A DNA stretch of 64,000 bases from Spirulina sp. (GTDB lineage: Bacteria > Cyanobacteriota > Cyanobacteriia > Phormidesmidales > Phormidesmidaceae), in NCBI GenBank assembly GCA_044070495.1, contig JBIPSI010000028.1:1-64000 (forward strand). The letters run 5' to 3'. Shown in pieces: positions 1 to 8,530 of this stretch (positions within the stretch are counted from its first letter, which is position 1; the number at the start of each line of letters is the position of its first letter). The notes below the pieces were generated by a model, which searched no databases, was not told where the DNA came from, and saw nothing but the letters and a program-made list of their open reading frames with translations. The translations under genes were made by a program, and so were the position numbers.

Positions 1-186
1 TTGACCAAGTGCGGGATGCCATTCGGCTAAAGCACTATTCTTCCTGCACAGAGCAAACCTACGTGCAATGGATCCGTCGGTACATCCTGTTCCGCAACAA
101 GCGCCACCCGAATCAAATGGGGGTGCCGGAGATAGAGGCGTCTTTAAACCCGTCTGGCGGTGCAGGAGCACGTAGCGGCCTCTACA
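1..186 (+). pseudogene. Integron-integrase (IntI-like tyrosine recombinase) N-terminal fragment, frameshifted and truncated; begins before the window
   Basis: Reads DQVRDAIRLKHYSSCTEQTYVQWIRRYILFRNKRHPNQMGVPEIEA. After an extra A near 148 it continues LAVQEHVAAST, matching the IntI N-terminal SAM-like domain, and then similarity stops. Confidence 0.8.
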
Positions 187-194
187 CTTCAGAG

Positions 195-438
195 CTAGTC
201 GGCCAACTGTTGGGCCAGGGCTTGGTGACGGTGTAGAAGATCGGTGCCATCCAGGGTTAGCAGGCCGTCGGGGCTGAGGACGGTTTTGCCGTGGATGACG
301 CTGTAGTCTACCCGGTCGATGGGGCAGAAAATGAGGGCGGCAACGGGGGGCATAGGCGCTGCCGGAGAGGGTGGGGCGATCTAGGTTAACGGCGACAAAA
401 TCAGCGGCCATGCCGGGGGCCAAGGCCCCAATATCACC
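195..438 (-). pseudogene. C-terminal remnant of an amidohydrolase (8-oxoguanine deaminase/AtzB-like), frameshifted
   Basis: Minus strand reads GDIGALAPGMAADFVAVNLDRPTLSGSAY, then a +1 shift in the G run near 345-350, then PVAALIFCPIDRVDYSVIHGKTVLSPDGLLTLDGTDLLHRHQALAQQLAD*. No 5' part is present. Confidence 0.7.
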
Positions 439-684
439 ACCCACCGCTCTGGGTTTCAGCGGGTTCCGTATCGTCGCAGAAGGTGCGGAGGCCAATTTTG
501 AGAATCCACAGCACCACCACCGTCGCAATCGCCGGACTCATCCAGGGCAGCGCAATTAGTTCTATCACGTAGACAATTAGCCCCGCCCGCCTCACGACAT
601 GCTGAGAGGCTGCCCCGGCTCCCAAGATCGACCGCTCCAGGGCGAGGCCGGACAACGGCACCTCAACCTTGAGAATTAGCTCAA

Positions 685-815
685 GAGGGCGTTTGAAAAG
701 GGTTGTCTCCGGTGCGATTGGCCCCTAGAGCGATGTAAATCTACCGGATTTTTGACGACCGAGGCTGACCTCATCGGGAGAACTTGGGACAGGCTTCGGC
801 TTTTCAAACGTCCTC
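685..815. mobile_element. 131-bp MITE-like element
   Basis: Terminal inverted repeats GAGGGCGTTTGAAAAG (685-700) and CTTTTCAAACGTCCTC (800-815) match at 15/16; no coding capacity. Confidence 0.65.
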
Positions 816-949
816 ATAACTCCGTGATGCGGAACTATCGGCGGAATTATCGTTTTAGCTAAGCCTGGCTCGGTTAGGCTAGAGGAGAGGCCGTTATCCT
901 AACGCTAAGGTGGCCTGGGTGAATTCTTCTCGACGCTAAGGATGCCAGT

Positions 950-2347
950 ATGCCAGCAGCCTACGATTGCATTGTGGTTGGAGCCGGATTATCTGGGCTA
1001 GTTGCGGCCCGCAATCTCCAGCGTGGGGGGCACAGCGTCTTGGTGATTGAAGCGCAGGCCAGCCTGGGCGGTCGCATGGTGGGTAAGCGATTGCCCTCAG
1101 GACAGTGGATTGATTTGGGTGGGCAATGGGTTGGCCCCACCCAGGATCGGTTTCTGGCCTTGCTAGACGAGTATGGTATCCGTCGATTTCCCTTTCACAC
1201 GGAGGGCAAGAAAGTCCTGGTGTTTGACGGGAAGCGCTATGAGTTTGACGGCTTCTTTGAGGGCTTTCCCGAAGGGGAACCTCCCCAGGTTAGCCCGGCG
1301 GAATGGCAGGATGCCATGGCCGCCTGGGATCGGTTTGAAGCGCTGGCTAAAACCTTAGCCCCCGGCCATCCCCGCCGCAATGATCACACCCTAGCCCTAG
1401 ACCGTCAGACCTTTGCCCAATGGATTGACGCCAATACCACTACGGCCTTTGGGAACTGGTACTTTGCCTACATGGTGCGGACGGTGGGCTTCCTTGGCCC
1501 CGCCGAACCCAGCCAGGTCTCGCTGCTCCATGTGCTGTGGGGACACACCTGCGCCTCCCAAGCCGAGTATCCAGAGGCCGAGTTGATCCACGGGGGGGCG
1601 GGCCAGATCCCCGTCAAGCTAGCGGCGGAGTTGGGTCAAAACCTGCGGCTGGGGGAACCCGTCCTGCGCATCCACCAATCTGAGACCGGGGTTGAGGTTG
1701 AAACCACCCAAGCACGCATTACCGGACAGTATGCCGTGGTGGCCATGCCGCCCCATCTGGCGGGCCGCATTGGTTACGATCCGCCGATGCCTGCCCGCCG
1801 CGCCCAACTCACCCAGCGAGTGCCGATGGGCTGCTGCGCCAAGGTGCTGGTCTCCTACGACCGTCCCTTTTGGCGAGATCGGGGGCTGGCGGGCCTAGGC
1901 ATCGGCAATGCCCCGTGGATTGAACTCTGTGCCGATAGCTCTGACCCCGAAACCGGGGTGGGGGTGATCGCGGCCTTCATCGTGGGGGATCGCTACGGCG
2001 TTTGGCAGGCCCTGGGGGAGGGATCGGATCCTGCGGAGCGGCGGCGTCAACGGCGGGAAGCGGTGCTGAGCGATTTAGCGGATTACTTTGGGCCAGCCGC
2101 CCTTTCCCCGGTCTCCTACGAGGAGGCGGACTGGCCCAGTAACCCCTGGATTGGGGGCGGCTATGCGGCCTTCATGCCCCCTGGGGTTTGGACCAGCTAT
2201 GGGGAAGCCCTCGCCGCCCCGGTGGGGCGCATTTACTGGGCGGGTACCGAAATGTCCGAGCGCTGGCCCGGTTTCTTTGATGGGGCCGTGCGCACCGGAG
2301 AAGCCGCCGCCGCCGCCATTCATACCCAACTCAGGGCACTTGAATAG
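950..2347 (+). CDS. Flavin monoamine oxidase family protein
   Basis: FAD-binding motif VVGAGLSGL, GGR and DLGGQW motifs, C-terminal WAGTE...GFFDGAVRTGE. Confidence 0.92.
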   Translation: MPAAYDCIVVGAGLSGLVAARNLQRGGHSVLVIEAQASLGGRMVGKRLPSGQWIDLGGQWVGPTQDRFLALLDEYGIRRFPFHTEGKKVLVFDGKRYEFDGFFEGFPEGEPPQVSPAEWQDAMAAWDRFEALAKTLAPGHPRRNDHTLALDRQTFAQWIDANTTTAFGNWYFAYMVRTVGFLGPAEPSQVSLLHVLWGHTCASQAEYPEAELIHGGAGQIPVKLAAELGQNLRLGEPVLRIHQSETGVEVETTQARITGQYAVVAMPPHLAGRIGYDPPMPARRAQLTQRVPMGCCAKVLVSYDRPFWRDRGLAGLGIGNAPWIELCADSSDPETGVGVIAAFIVGDRYGVWQALGEGSDPAERRRQRREAVLSDLADYFGPAALSPVSYEEADWPSNPWIGGGYAAFMPPGVWTSYGEALAAPVGRIYWAGTEMSERWPGFFDGAVRTGEAAAAAIHTQLRALE

Positions 2348-2353
2348 CCACCG

Positions 2354-2376
2354 CTAGGGGCGCGGTTTCCGCGTCC
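2354..2376. repeat. REP-like palindrome (GTAG family variant)
   Basis: CTAGGGGCGCGGTTTCCGCGTCC just after the stop codon; similar to copies at 24551, 53603 and 56349. Confidence 0.55.
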
Positions 2377-2653
2377 GGCACAGGATCTTTTGTCAGTCAA
2401 CCAGGGGCTATTGATACTATGACTTTGACAATTTTCGTGCCCACCTGTTAGCCTGCTCTCCTTACTATCTAGACTTATCACCAGAAAGTCAGAAGGGTTG
2501 GCTTCAAGATACCTGGCAAATCCATATTGACAATTGCTGTGCCCATGCAGGTCGGGGAGAGTAGGAGAAGAACTGCTAAGATTTAGCTGACAGTCTGGCA
2601 GATAAGGTTTTAGCAAATTCCCTGCCCTGCCAGAGATTGGGCTAATTAAGCTG

Positions 2654-3118
2654 ATGCCTAGAAAAGAACAAGGTTGGATCACGTTTCAAGCTTCCCCAGA
2701 AGAGCGAGACATGCTTGAAACCTATTGCCAGCAGACCCAGCGCTCGAAGACAGAGGTGTTGCGTGAGCTCATTAGGTGCCTAGAGGTATCGAAGCCACTG
2801 CCATCGTCTAAGCCCTCCGCAACGGTTCCTGAAGCAGCGGTAAATGGAGACGGGGCAGGGGTAGCAGTGCCGTTTCAAGTTAGTGCTCGCAACCTTTTTA
2901 GGGGGAGTATCACTAAGCTTTTCAAAGACGGAGTGAATACCGAAGTCACTCTAGAGATTGCTCCACACGTAGAAATCACCTCAGTCATCACGACCTCCTC
3001 AGCCCAGCGGCTTGGGCTAAAGGTTGGTAAGGTTGTCTTTGCCATGATTAAGTCGAGCAATGTAATGATCGCCGTCAGCGATTCTCTAGAGTTCTTTGCA
3101 GAAGGCCCTTTGGCTTGA
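2654..3118 (+). CDS. Ribbon-helix-helix + TOBE/Mop domain molybdate-responsive regulator (cyanobacterial ModE-like)
   Basis: N-terminal WITFQASPEERDMLE...SKTEVLRELIR (CopG/RHH-like); C-terminal Mop domain SARN...EITSVIT...LGL...AMIKSSNV. Confidence 0.85.
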   Translation: MPRKEQGWITFQASPEERDMLETYCQQTQRSKTEVLRELIRCLEVSKPLPSSKPSATVPEAAVNGDGAGVAVPFQVSARNLFRGSITKLFKDGVNTEVTLEIAPHVEITSVITTSSAQRLGLKVGKVVFAMIKSSNVMIAVSDSLEFFAEGPLA

Positions 3119-3432
3119 GTCTGGCCATGGATCAGGCCGCTGGAATCAGCTGATGTCATGGCTTCCAAGGGGCTACAGTGGTTATTACTCTAAGCTCAAT
3201 ACCGAGGAAGCATTGACTGCGATCCAGGTTGCCGTGTGCCAATTGTTACTTCGAAAATATCCTCTTAGCTACATTTAAATTCAATACTCATCCCCGTTGT
3301 TCAGAAAGCTAGGCCCCTGATCCTGAAGAAATTCGAAGTGCTTTCTGGGCAACAGACATGACCTATGAGTACATCCCTAATGACCTAAGTAGTCCTAACT
3401 TAAACAACTCAAATTGGGCGCTGTGCTATCTA

Positions 3433-3449
3433 TACCAATATAGTTGGTA
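3433..3449. promoter_or_regulatory. Candidate operator TACCAA-N5-TTGGTA
   Basis: TACCAATATAGTTGGTA upstream of the 3678 ORF; the same palindrome occurs at 6032 and (variant) 11352. Confidence 0.55.
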
Positions 3450-3488
3450 AGCAAAGGGATTTGGCGGTAAGACCCCTGGCCTTAACTG

Positions 3489-3622
3489 CCTGACACAAGT
3501 CCGAAAACCCTTGATATAGACTAGGTCGGGTGGCGCGATAGCAGAACCCAACAAGTCTCAACACCTCAGTGAGCGTCGGGTTTTGCTTCGCTGCACCCAA
3601 CCTATTTTAGAGATGTGTCAGG
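3489..3622. mobile_element. REP-doublet (REPIN-like) element inside 9-bp terminal inverted repeats
   Basis: Ends CCTGACACA and TGTGTCAGG. Internal TAGGTCGGGTGGCGCGATAGCAGAACCCAAC...CACCCAACCTA (3522-3604) has a related inverted copy at 55048-55124. Confidence 0.6.
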
Positions 3623-3677
3623 TAACCAATCCCTGGCCTTTCTATCGTTGATAAACTAACCTCTCTTCAACAAAGTC

Positions 3678-4538
3678 ATGGTCAATATGACTAGTCTTGC
3701 TGCACAAAAATGCCGTTCTGAGATTTTTGGTGACACTATAGAGCAGATTTTATTTCTTTTTGAAAGCTTGAAGTATACGACATTGTTGCAGTCGGATATC
3801 GTGTCGGGGCGGCATCAACCTATTTTGCAGAGCCATTATAACTATATCCTTGGGGATCGATTTTGTCAGGCGATGCAGCGGATTAATCCAAACATTTCTT
3901 TGGAACAAGTTGAGACCATTCTTCATCAGCTCAGATGGCCTCAGACTATGCCAGGATTAAAGCGTAATTACCAGTGGCACAGGCAATTATTGCACGGGAT
4001 TGCAGTTAAGCCTTCTTTAAAGAATCCCGAAAAACAAACTATTTTGCACCTTTTGGATTTCTCTGACGTAGCTAAAAATGATTGGCTAGTAATTTACTCC
4101 TTTCCTGTGATTGAAGCAGACTATCAGCATTGTCTTGACTTAGTTGTTTTTATCAACGGCTTACCTTTAGTCGTATTCCATGGTCTACATGGCCAGGGAG
4201 AATCTTGGTCTTTACGGGCGGCTTATTTACAGCTTCGAGAGTATCAAGCCCATCTTCCTAAATTTTTCTCATTTAATGAATTTTTGGTATTCTCGACTGG
4301 GGAAGATTACCAAATTGGAACACTAACATCTTCATGGAAGCAATTAGTTGCATTGAAATCCAGTCATAAAAAGAGAACTGCCTTGTCAGAAGAGACGCCA
4401 ACAGAATTATTCATAAAGAATGTCTTTAGTCAGCAAAACCTTCTTGAAATACTTCGACGTTCAATTACATTTACAGTCAGACGAACATTGCTAAATAAAA
4501 AAATAACGGATTACTCCTTTGGTCAATTTTATTTCTAA
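3678..4538 (+). CDS. Stand-alone type I restriction HsdR N-terminal (nuclease) domain, catalytic motif degenerate
   Basis: RINPNI, LLDFSDVAKNDWLV, DLVVFINGLPLVV, AAYLQLREY and FSFNEFLVFSTG match HsdR_N. The canonical IELK reads FHGL, and there is no helicase domain. Confidence 0.75.
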   Translation: MVNMTSLAAQKCRSEIFGDTIEQILFLFESLKYTTLLQSDIVSGRHQPILQSHYNYILGDRFCQAMQRINPNISLEQVETILHQLRWPQTMPGLKRNYQWHRQLLHGIAVKPSLKNPEKQTILHLLDFSDVAKNDWLVIYSFPVIEADYQHCLDLVVFINGLPLVVFHGLHGQGESWSLRAAYLQLREYQAHLPKFFSFNEFLVFSTGEDYQIGTLTSSWKQLVALKSSHKKRTALSEETPTELFIKNVFSQQNLLEILRRSITFTVRRTLLNKKITDYSFGQFYF

Positions 4539-4551
4539 AGCCTGAGAAATC

Positions 4552-5556
4552 ATGAAAGCGGGACTCTTCTGTACCTACGAAAATAATTATCAAGATTCTC
4601 ACCGAGCCATCGTTGAGCAGACCGCGTTAATTCAACATGCGGAAGCATTGCAATTCGAAGAAGCGTGGATTGCGGAACACCATTTTAATAGCTCTTATGT
4701 TAACCCTTCGATTCTGTTGCTGATGGCATATCTAGCAGGGATAACCTCTCGAATTCAGATAGGATCTGCTGCTATTCTTCTGGCATTTCATGACCCTGTT
4801 AAAATGGCAGAAGAAATTGCTACTCTAGATCATTTATGCAACGGAAGATTCCTGTTAGGGGTAGCTAAAGGTGGTCCTTTCCCTGACCAGAATAAACACT
4901 TTGGTGTTGCCATGGATGAAGCTCGTCCTCGCATGATAGAAGCCCTGAAACTGGTTGAGAAACTACTGTATAGTTCGAACGTTACTTTTTCCGGAAAGTA
5001 TTACCACTGTAATTCCTTAACTGTTCAACCCCAGCCATTACAGGATAAAATCCCAGTTTATATTGCGACGAGTGATCGAGATGCGATTGAATTAGCGGCA
5101 TTATATTCCTACGGTTTAATGGGAGGTGCTCCATTTTCGATTAGCCGTTTGAAGATGAACCAAGCTCAGTATCACGCGATTAACTCTAGTGGTTCTGACA
5201 AACTAGTCTTAACCCGTTTCTTCTTTGTTGCTCAGACTGACGAAGAAGCGATTCAAGAGTCTTTACCCTTCATTCAATCTTTCGCAGAACGGATGAAGAA
5301 GAATATTAGTCATATAAAAAATGATGGAAATACTCAACACCTAAAGCCTTCTTCTCAGCAAAAAACATGTTTTGATGAAGCTTATTTACTGGAAAATTCT
5401 ATCATTGGTAGCACAGCAACTTGTCGGGACAAGATTAAACGATTTCGAGATGATTTAAATATAGGTACACTGGCACTAAAGCCCTGCTCCTTCAATCTAC
5501 ATAAGAACATTAGAAGCTTAACCGAATACGCAGAGCACTTGCGTGATTTGTCATGA
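4552..5556 (+). CDS. LLM-class (luciferase-like) flavin-dependent oxidoreductase
   Basis: EAWIAEHHF, HDPVKMAEEIATLDHLCNGRFLLGV and PQPLQ motifs. Confidence 0.92.
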   Translation: MKAGLFCTYENNYQDSHRAIVEQTALIQHAEALQFEEAWIAEHHFNSSYVNPSILLLMAYLAGITSRIQIGSAAILLAFHDPVKMAEEIATLDHLCNGRFLLGVAKGGPFPDQNKHFGVAMDEARPRMIEALKLVEKLLYSSNVTFSGKYYHCNSLTVQPQPLQDKIPVYIATSDRDAIELAALYSYGLMGGAPFSISRLKMNQAQYHAINSSGSDKLVLTRFFFVAQTDEEAIQESLPFIQSFAERMKKNISHIKNDGNTQHLKPSSQQKTCFDEAYLLENSIIGSTATCRDKIKRFRDDLNIGTLALKPCSFNLHKNIRSLTEYAEHLRDLS

Positions 5557-6030
5557 TCTCTAAAAGGTCTCGCATAACTATATCTGTGAATCGAGCAAGC
5601 CTCTTATCTGTGGTTCAAAATATTCTAATACCATTCAAAATCTCCACCCATAATTGATTTTTTTCACAAACAGCCCAACGTTTTAGCATGCTTGTCAGCA
5701 GATATTCTTTTGAATATCGATAGCTCCTGCAATAATGGGTCTGCAACGATGTTCAAAAAGCAGGAATGGCTTCTAAAGATATAATTTTAATTTATTTTTA
5801 TACAAGATTATTGTGCAGAAAGCATCTAACACTAGCAGTTCAGTGCCCTAAAGGAAGAGTATTTTTATACTAGAGGGCAAGGAGATTGTCCTAACTCATC
5901 CTATATTTATCCTTTTACCTAAAAATGTTATAAATTCAGTGAATTTAATCACAGGCTTAGCATCTCTGACAGTAATCAACAGACTCAATGATTGCCTTAA
6001 ATCTTTTAAATTAGGAGGATAAAAGTCCGT

Positions 6031-6049
6031 ATACCAACATTATTGGTAT
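6031..6049. promoter_or_regulatory. Candidate operator ATACCAA-N5-TTGGTAT
   Basis: ATACCAACATTATTGGTAT, with perfect 7-bp arms, in an AT-rich intergenic region upstream of the 6341 ORF. Confidence 0.55.
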
Positions 6050-6340
6050 CAAGTTTAGCATTTTTTTGAGTTTGAGTCTGTCATTATACTAATAGGAAGA
6101 AAAAGGTGGCATTAGCCTTTAAACTCTCTTCCTAGATCTGGCTCTCTTGGATGGGATTTAATATGGTTGGCAGTGTCGGGACAGTCTTGGTTACTCATTA
6201 AATTTTCATTCCTCCTCTTTTGGAAGGTCAATTAACAGCATTTTAGCTTGCTTGTGATTGCTTGTTGTATGACGTTCTTTCTGCTAAGAGGTTTGCTAAT
6301 GGGGAAGCATAGCTGTAGTCACTGCCAACTTTTTTAATAG

Positions 6341-6883
6341 ATGCTTTGGCATAGGATCGTCTTAGCTATCAATTTAATGTTTTGCAACCCTCTACCCGAT
6401 TTTGGGATTATGGAAATACCTGAGCTCTGCTACGTTTCAGAAGCAAATATAGTGTTTTCAATCAGTGGAAATATCCGTAGGCCGAGGGAATTCTCTGCAA
6501 CTGATCTAGCTCAATTGTCTAGAACGAAATTGACCGTTGATGATAAGAAATGTGGTTCGATAACCTATGAAGGTGTATGGTTGAGAACTATTTTTGAGCA
6601 AGCTGAAGTACCTCAGGGAAAGAAGTTGAAAGGAGAGAAGCTGGCTTTTTTTCTCCTAATTGAAGCCCTTGATGGACACCAGATTGTCTACGCTCTGGCA
6701 GAATTTGATTCCGACTTTGGCAATCGCAATCCATTGCTGGCAGATTATCGCGACGGTCAACCTTTGAGGGAAGATGAAGCTCCCCTAAGACTGATAATTC
6801 CAGGAGAACGACGGCACTCTCGATGGATTCGAAAGATTGCTCACATGAAAGTCCTCAGTGGATTGCCTGACCAAAGTAGGTAA
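6341..6883 (+). CDS. Small molybdopterin-dependent oxidoreductase-like (Oxidored_molyb fold) protein; start uncertain
   Basis: YEGVWLRTIF, EALDGHQIVYALAE, LLADYRDGQPL...PLRLIIPGE...RWIRKI. Confidence 0.75.
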   Translation: MLWHRIVLAINLMFCNPLPDFGIMEIPELCYVSEANIVFSISGNIRRPREFSATDLAQLSRTKLTVDDKKCGSITYEGVWLRTIFEQAEVPQGKKLKGEKLAFFLLIEALDGHQIVYALAEFDSDFGNRNPLLADYRDGQPLREDEAPLRLIIPGERRHSRWIRKIAHMKVLSGLPDQSR

Positions 6884-7177
6884 GTGACTTCTAGCCTGAA
6901 TATGAGATCATATTGTTTAGTCAAGTCCTCTAAAGGATGGCTTACTCATAATCGAGATGCAAGAACTTGTCGAGCGAACGAATCTTAATAAAACCAATTT
7001 CTGGAGCAGGAAAACAATGGATGATAACGCTGTATAATAATCAGGTCAATGTTCAGTCCATGACAAGCAAAACTAAAGCAGGTAGTAGACCTCCCATGAA
7101 TGTTCCTATTTCAATTTGTCAACACCTGTCTTTATCACTTTGAGCCTGTCGCAAAAGTTGTATTTGAGGAGAGTATC

Positions 7178-7387
7178 ATGAAGCTGAGTGCTCGCAACCT
7201 ATTGAAGGGAACTGTAAAGTCTGTCATTACCGGAGTTGTTAACGATGAAGTGGTTTTAGAAATAGCTCCCGGCGTGGAAATTACAGCGGTAATTACTAAA
7301 AACTCATCGGAAAGCCTAGGTCTGTCGGTCGGTAAAGAAGCCTATGCTATCGTCAAGGCCTCGAACGTGATGGTTGCGGTTGACTAA
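7178..7387 (+). CDS. mop: Molbindin / molybdenum-pterin-binding protein Mop
   Basis: 69-aa single Mop domain MKLSARNLLKG...ITAVIT...LGL...AIVKASNV, with GAGGAG RBS before ATG 7178. Confidence 0.9.
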   Translation: MKLSARNLLKGTVKSVITGVVNDEVVLEIAPGVEITAVITKNSSESLGLSVGKEAYAIVKASNVMVAVD

Positions 7388-7455
7388 TCACAGTGCTTTT
7401 CGCGTTCGTAAGATGCAATTTTTCTAAGCTCAACTTCCCCAAAATTTAGTTCATT

Positions 7456-7505
7456 AATATCCCCCTTCTCCTCCCTTATTAAGAAGGTTGCAGGGGGATA
7501 TTTTT
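7456..7505 (+). terminator. Probable intrinsic terminator
   Basis: AATATCCCCCT...AGGGGGATATT stem followed by a T run downstream of mop. Confidence 0.55.
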
Positions 7506-7688
7506 ATGTAGTATTTTAACGATCAAACTCACTTTGTCTGGGTGTGACTATGCTGTCACAAGATATCAGTTTGACCTATCATTGCGAACATGGAAGATCC
7601 GACCTATGTAGGCCAGAAGAACCCTGTATTCTGGTCAGAAAATGCTTTCTCATTCCCTGATTTTTACAGGATCTTTTGAGTGAAAAGT

Positions 7689-8528
7689 TTATACCGTCGG
7701 TAAACGGCTTGGGTCTTGTTTCCACACGACAATGATGGTGCCATTGCCATTGGCAGTAGGCACTAAATTTAAATACCAGGTGGTTTCTCCCTGGGTAACT
7801 TCATAGACGCTTCCTCCTCCATAGTTGTTTTTTTGAATGGTTTGGAAACTGCTGTTTTGTAGCTGAGAATTAAGCACCGAAAGATATATTTGTTCAGGGG
7901 TCCTGCCATCGATCCAAACGGCTTTGAGAATCTCTGAATTCAGAGTTGGTGGTGTTTCTAGCAGATCGAAGTACAGACTGGCGTCGGAAAATACTTCGGG
8001 AGAAGGTAGATTGGTGGGTAAGCCTGTGGTTACGGCCAGTTGATCAACAAAGGTTTGAGCTGTGTTTGCATTTCCCTCGGATTGAGAAATCGGCTGATCT
8101 CCCGTCAATATATCTGGATCAGAGGATGGTCTTAGGGCCGGTGCAGGCTCTGGAGTTAGGGTAGCGTTTCCCGTTGGTTCTGGTGAAGCCGTTGAAATGG
8201 TGTCCGGAGGTGGAACGGCATCCTGCAAAAGAGGGGGGCTGAGTTGAGCCGATCTATTCCCTGGTGGGGGACTAATGACCGTATCAACTGGCGATTCCAG
8301 CGGAGAACTTGCTGATGGTGGAAGGGCCAGTAAGTCAGCCAGTGTAACGGTTTGTATGGGCTTCTCCGGGGCTTGAAGCGAGTCGTCTAACTCAGCTTTG
8401 GATGGTTCGGAGATGGGAATGAGTAGCAGCGCCCCGTGTAAGGCGAGGGCAACCCAGACCATCGGTTGGTAGAAGGCCGATAGCAGGAACCGTAAAACCT
8501 GGAGTTTTAGGCTGGGACGATTCGTCAT
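7689..8528 (-). CDS. Hypothetical membrane-anchored, proline-rich protein in the modABC operon
   Basis: ATG at 8528 lies 2 nt after the modBC stop. TM segment MVWVALALHGALLLIP, then a Pro/Ser/Thr-rich linker and a globular C-terminus. Confidence 0.7.
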   Translation of the reverse strand: MTNRPSLKLQVLRFLLSAFYQPMVWVALALHGALLLIPISEPSKAELDDSLQAPEKPIQTVTLADLLALPPSASSPLESPVDTVISPPPGNRSAQLSPPLLQDAVPPPDTISTASPEPTGNATLTPEPAPALRPSSDPDILTGDQPISQSEGNANTAQTFVDQLAVTTGLPTNLPSPEVFSDASLYFDLLETPPTLNSEILKAVWIDGRTPEQIYLSVLNSQLQNSSFQTIQKNNYGGGSVYEVTQGETTWYLNLVPTANGNGTIIVVWKQDPSRLPTV

Positions 8529-8530
8529 GG

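Noticed and set aside
434..661. 75-aa minus-strand ORF with a hydrophobic stretch
   Set aside because: No recognisable family, and it lies among remnants; cannot support it as a gene.
860..905. attI/attC site near the integrase remnant (GTTAGGC, CCTAAC)
   Set aside because: The core and inverse core are in the wrong order for attC, and there is no extended imperfect palindrome.
6105..6300. Possible decayed membrane-protein frame (VALAFKLSS*IWLSWMGFNMVGSVGTVLVTH*)
   Set aside because: Multiple stops and no family recognised; may be chance in AT-rich DNA.
7100..7177. N-terminal extensions in the ORF track (mop; also mscL, rhomboid, DUF1830, radical SAM, hypF, cyclophilin)
   Set aside because: Downstream starts fit family N-termini and/or RBS better.
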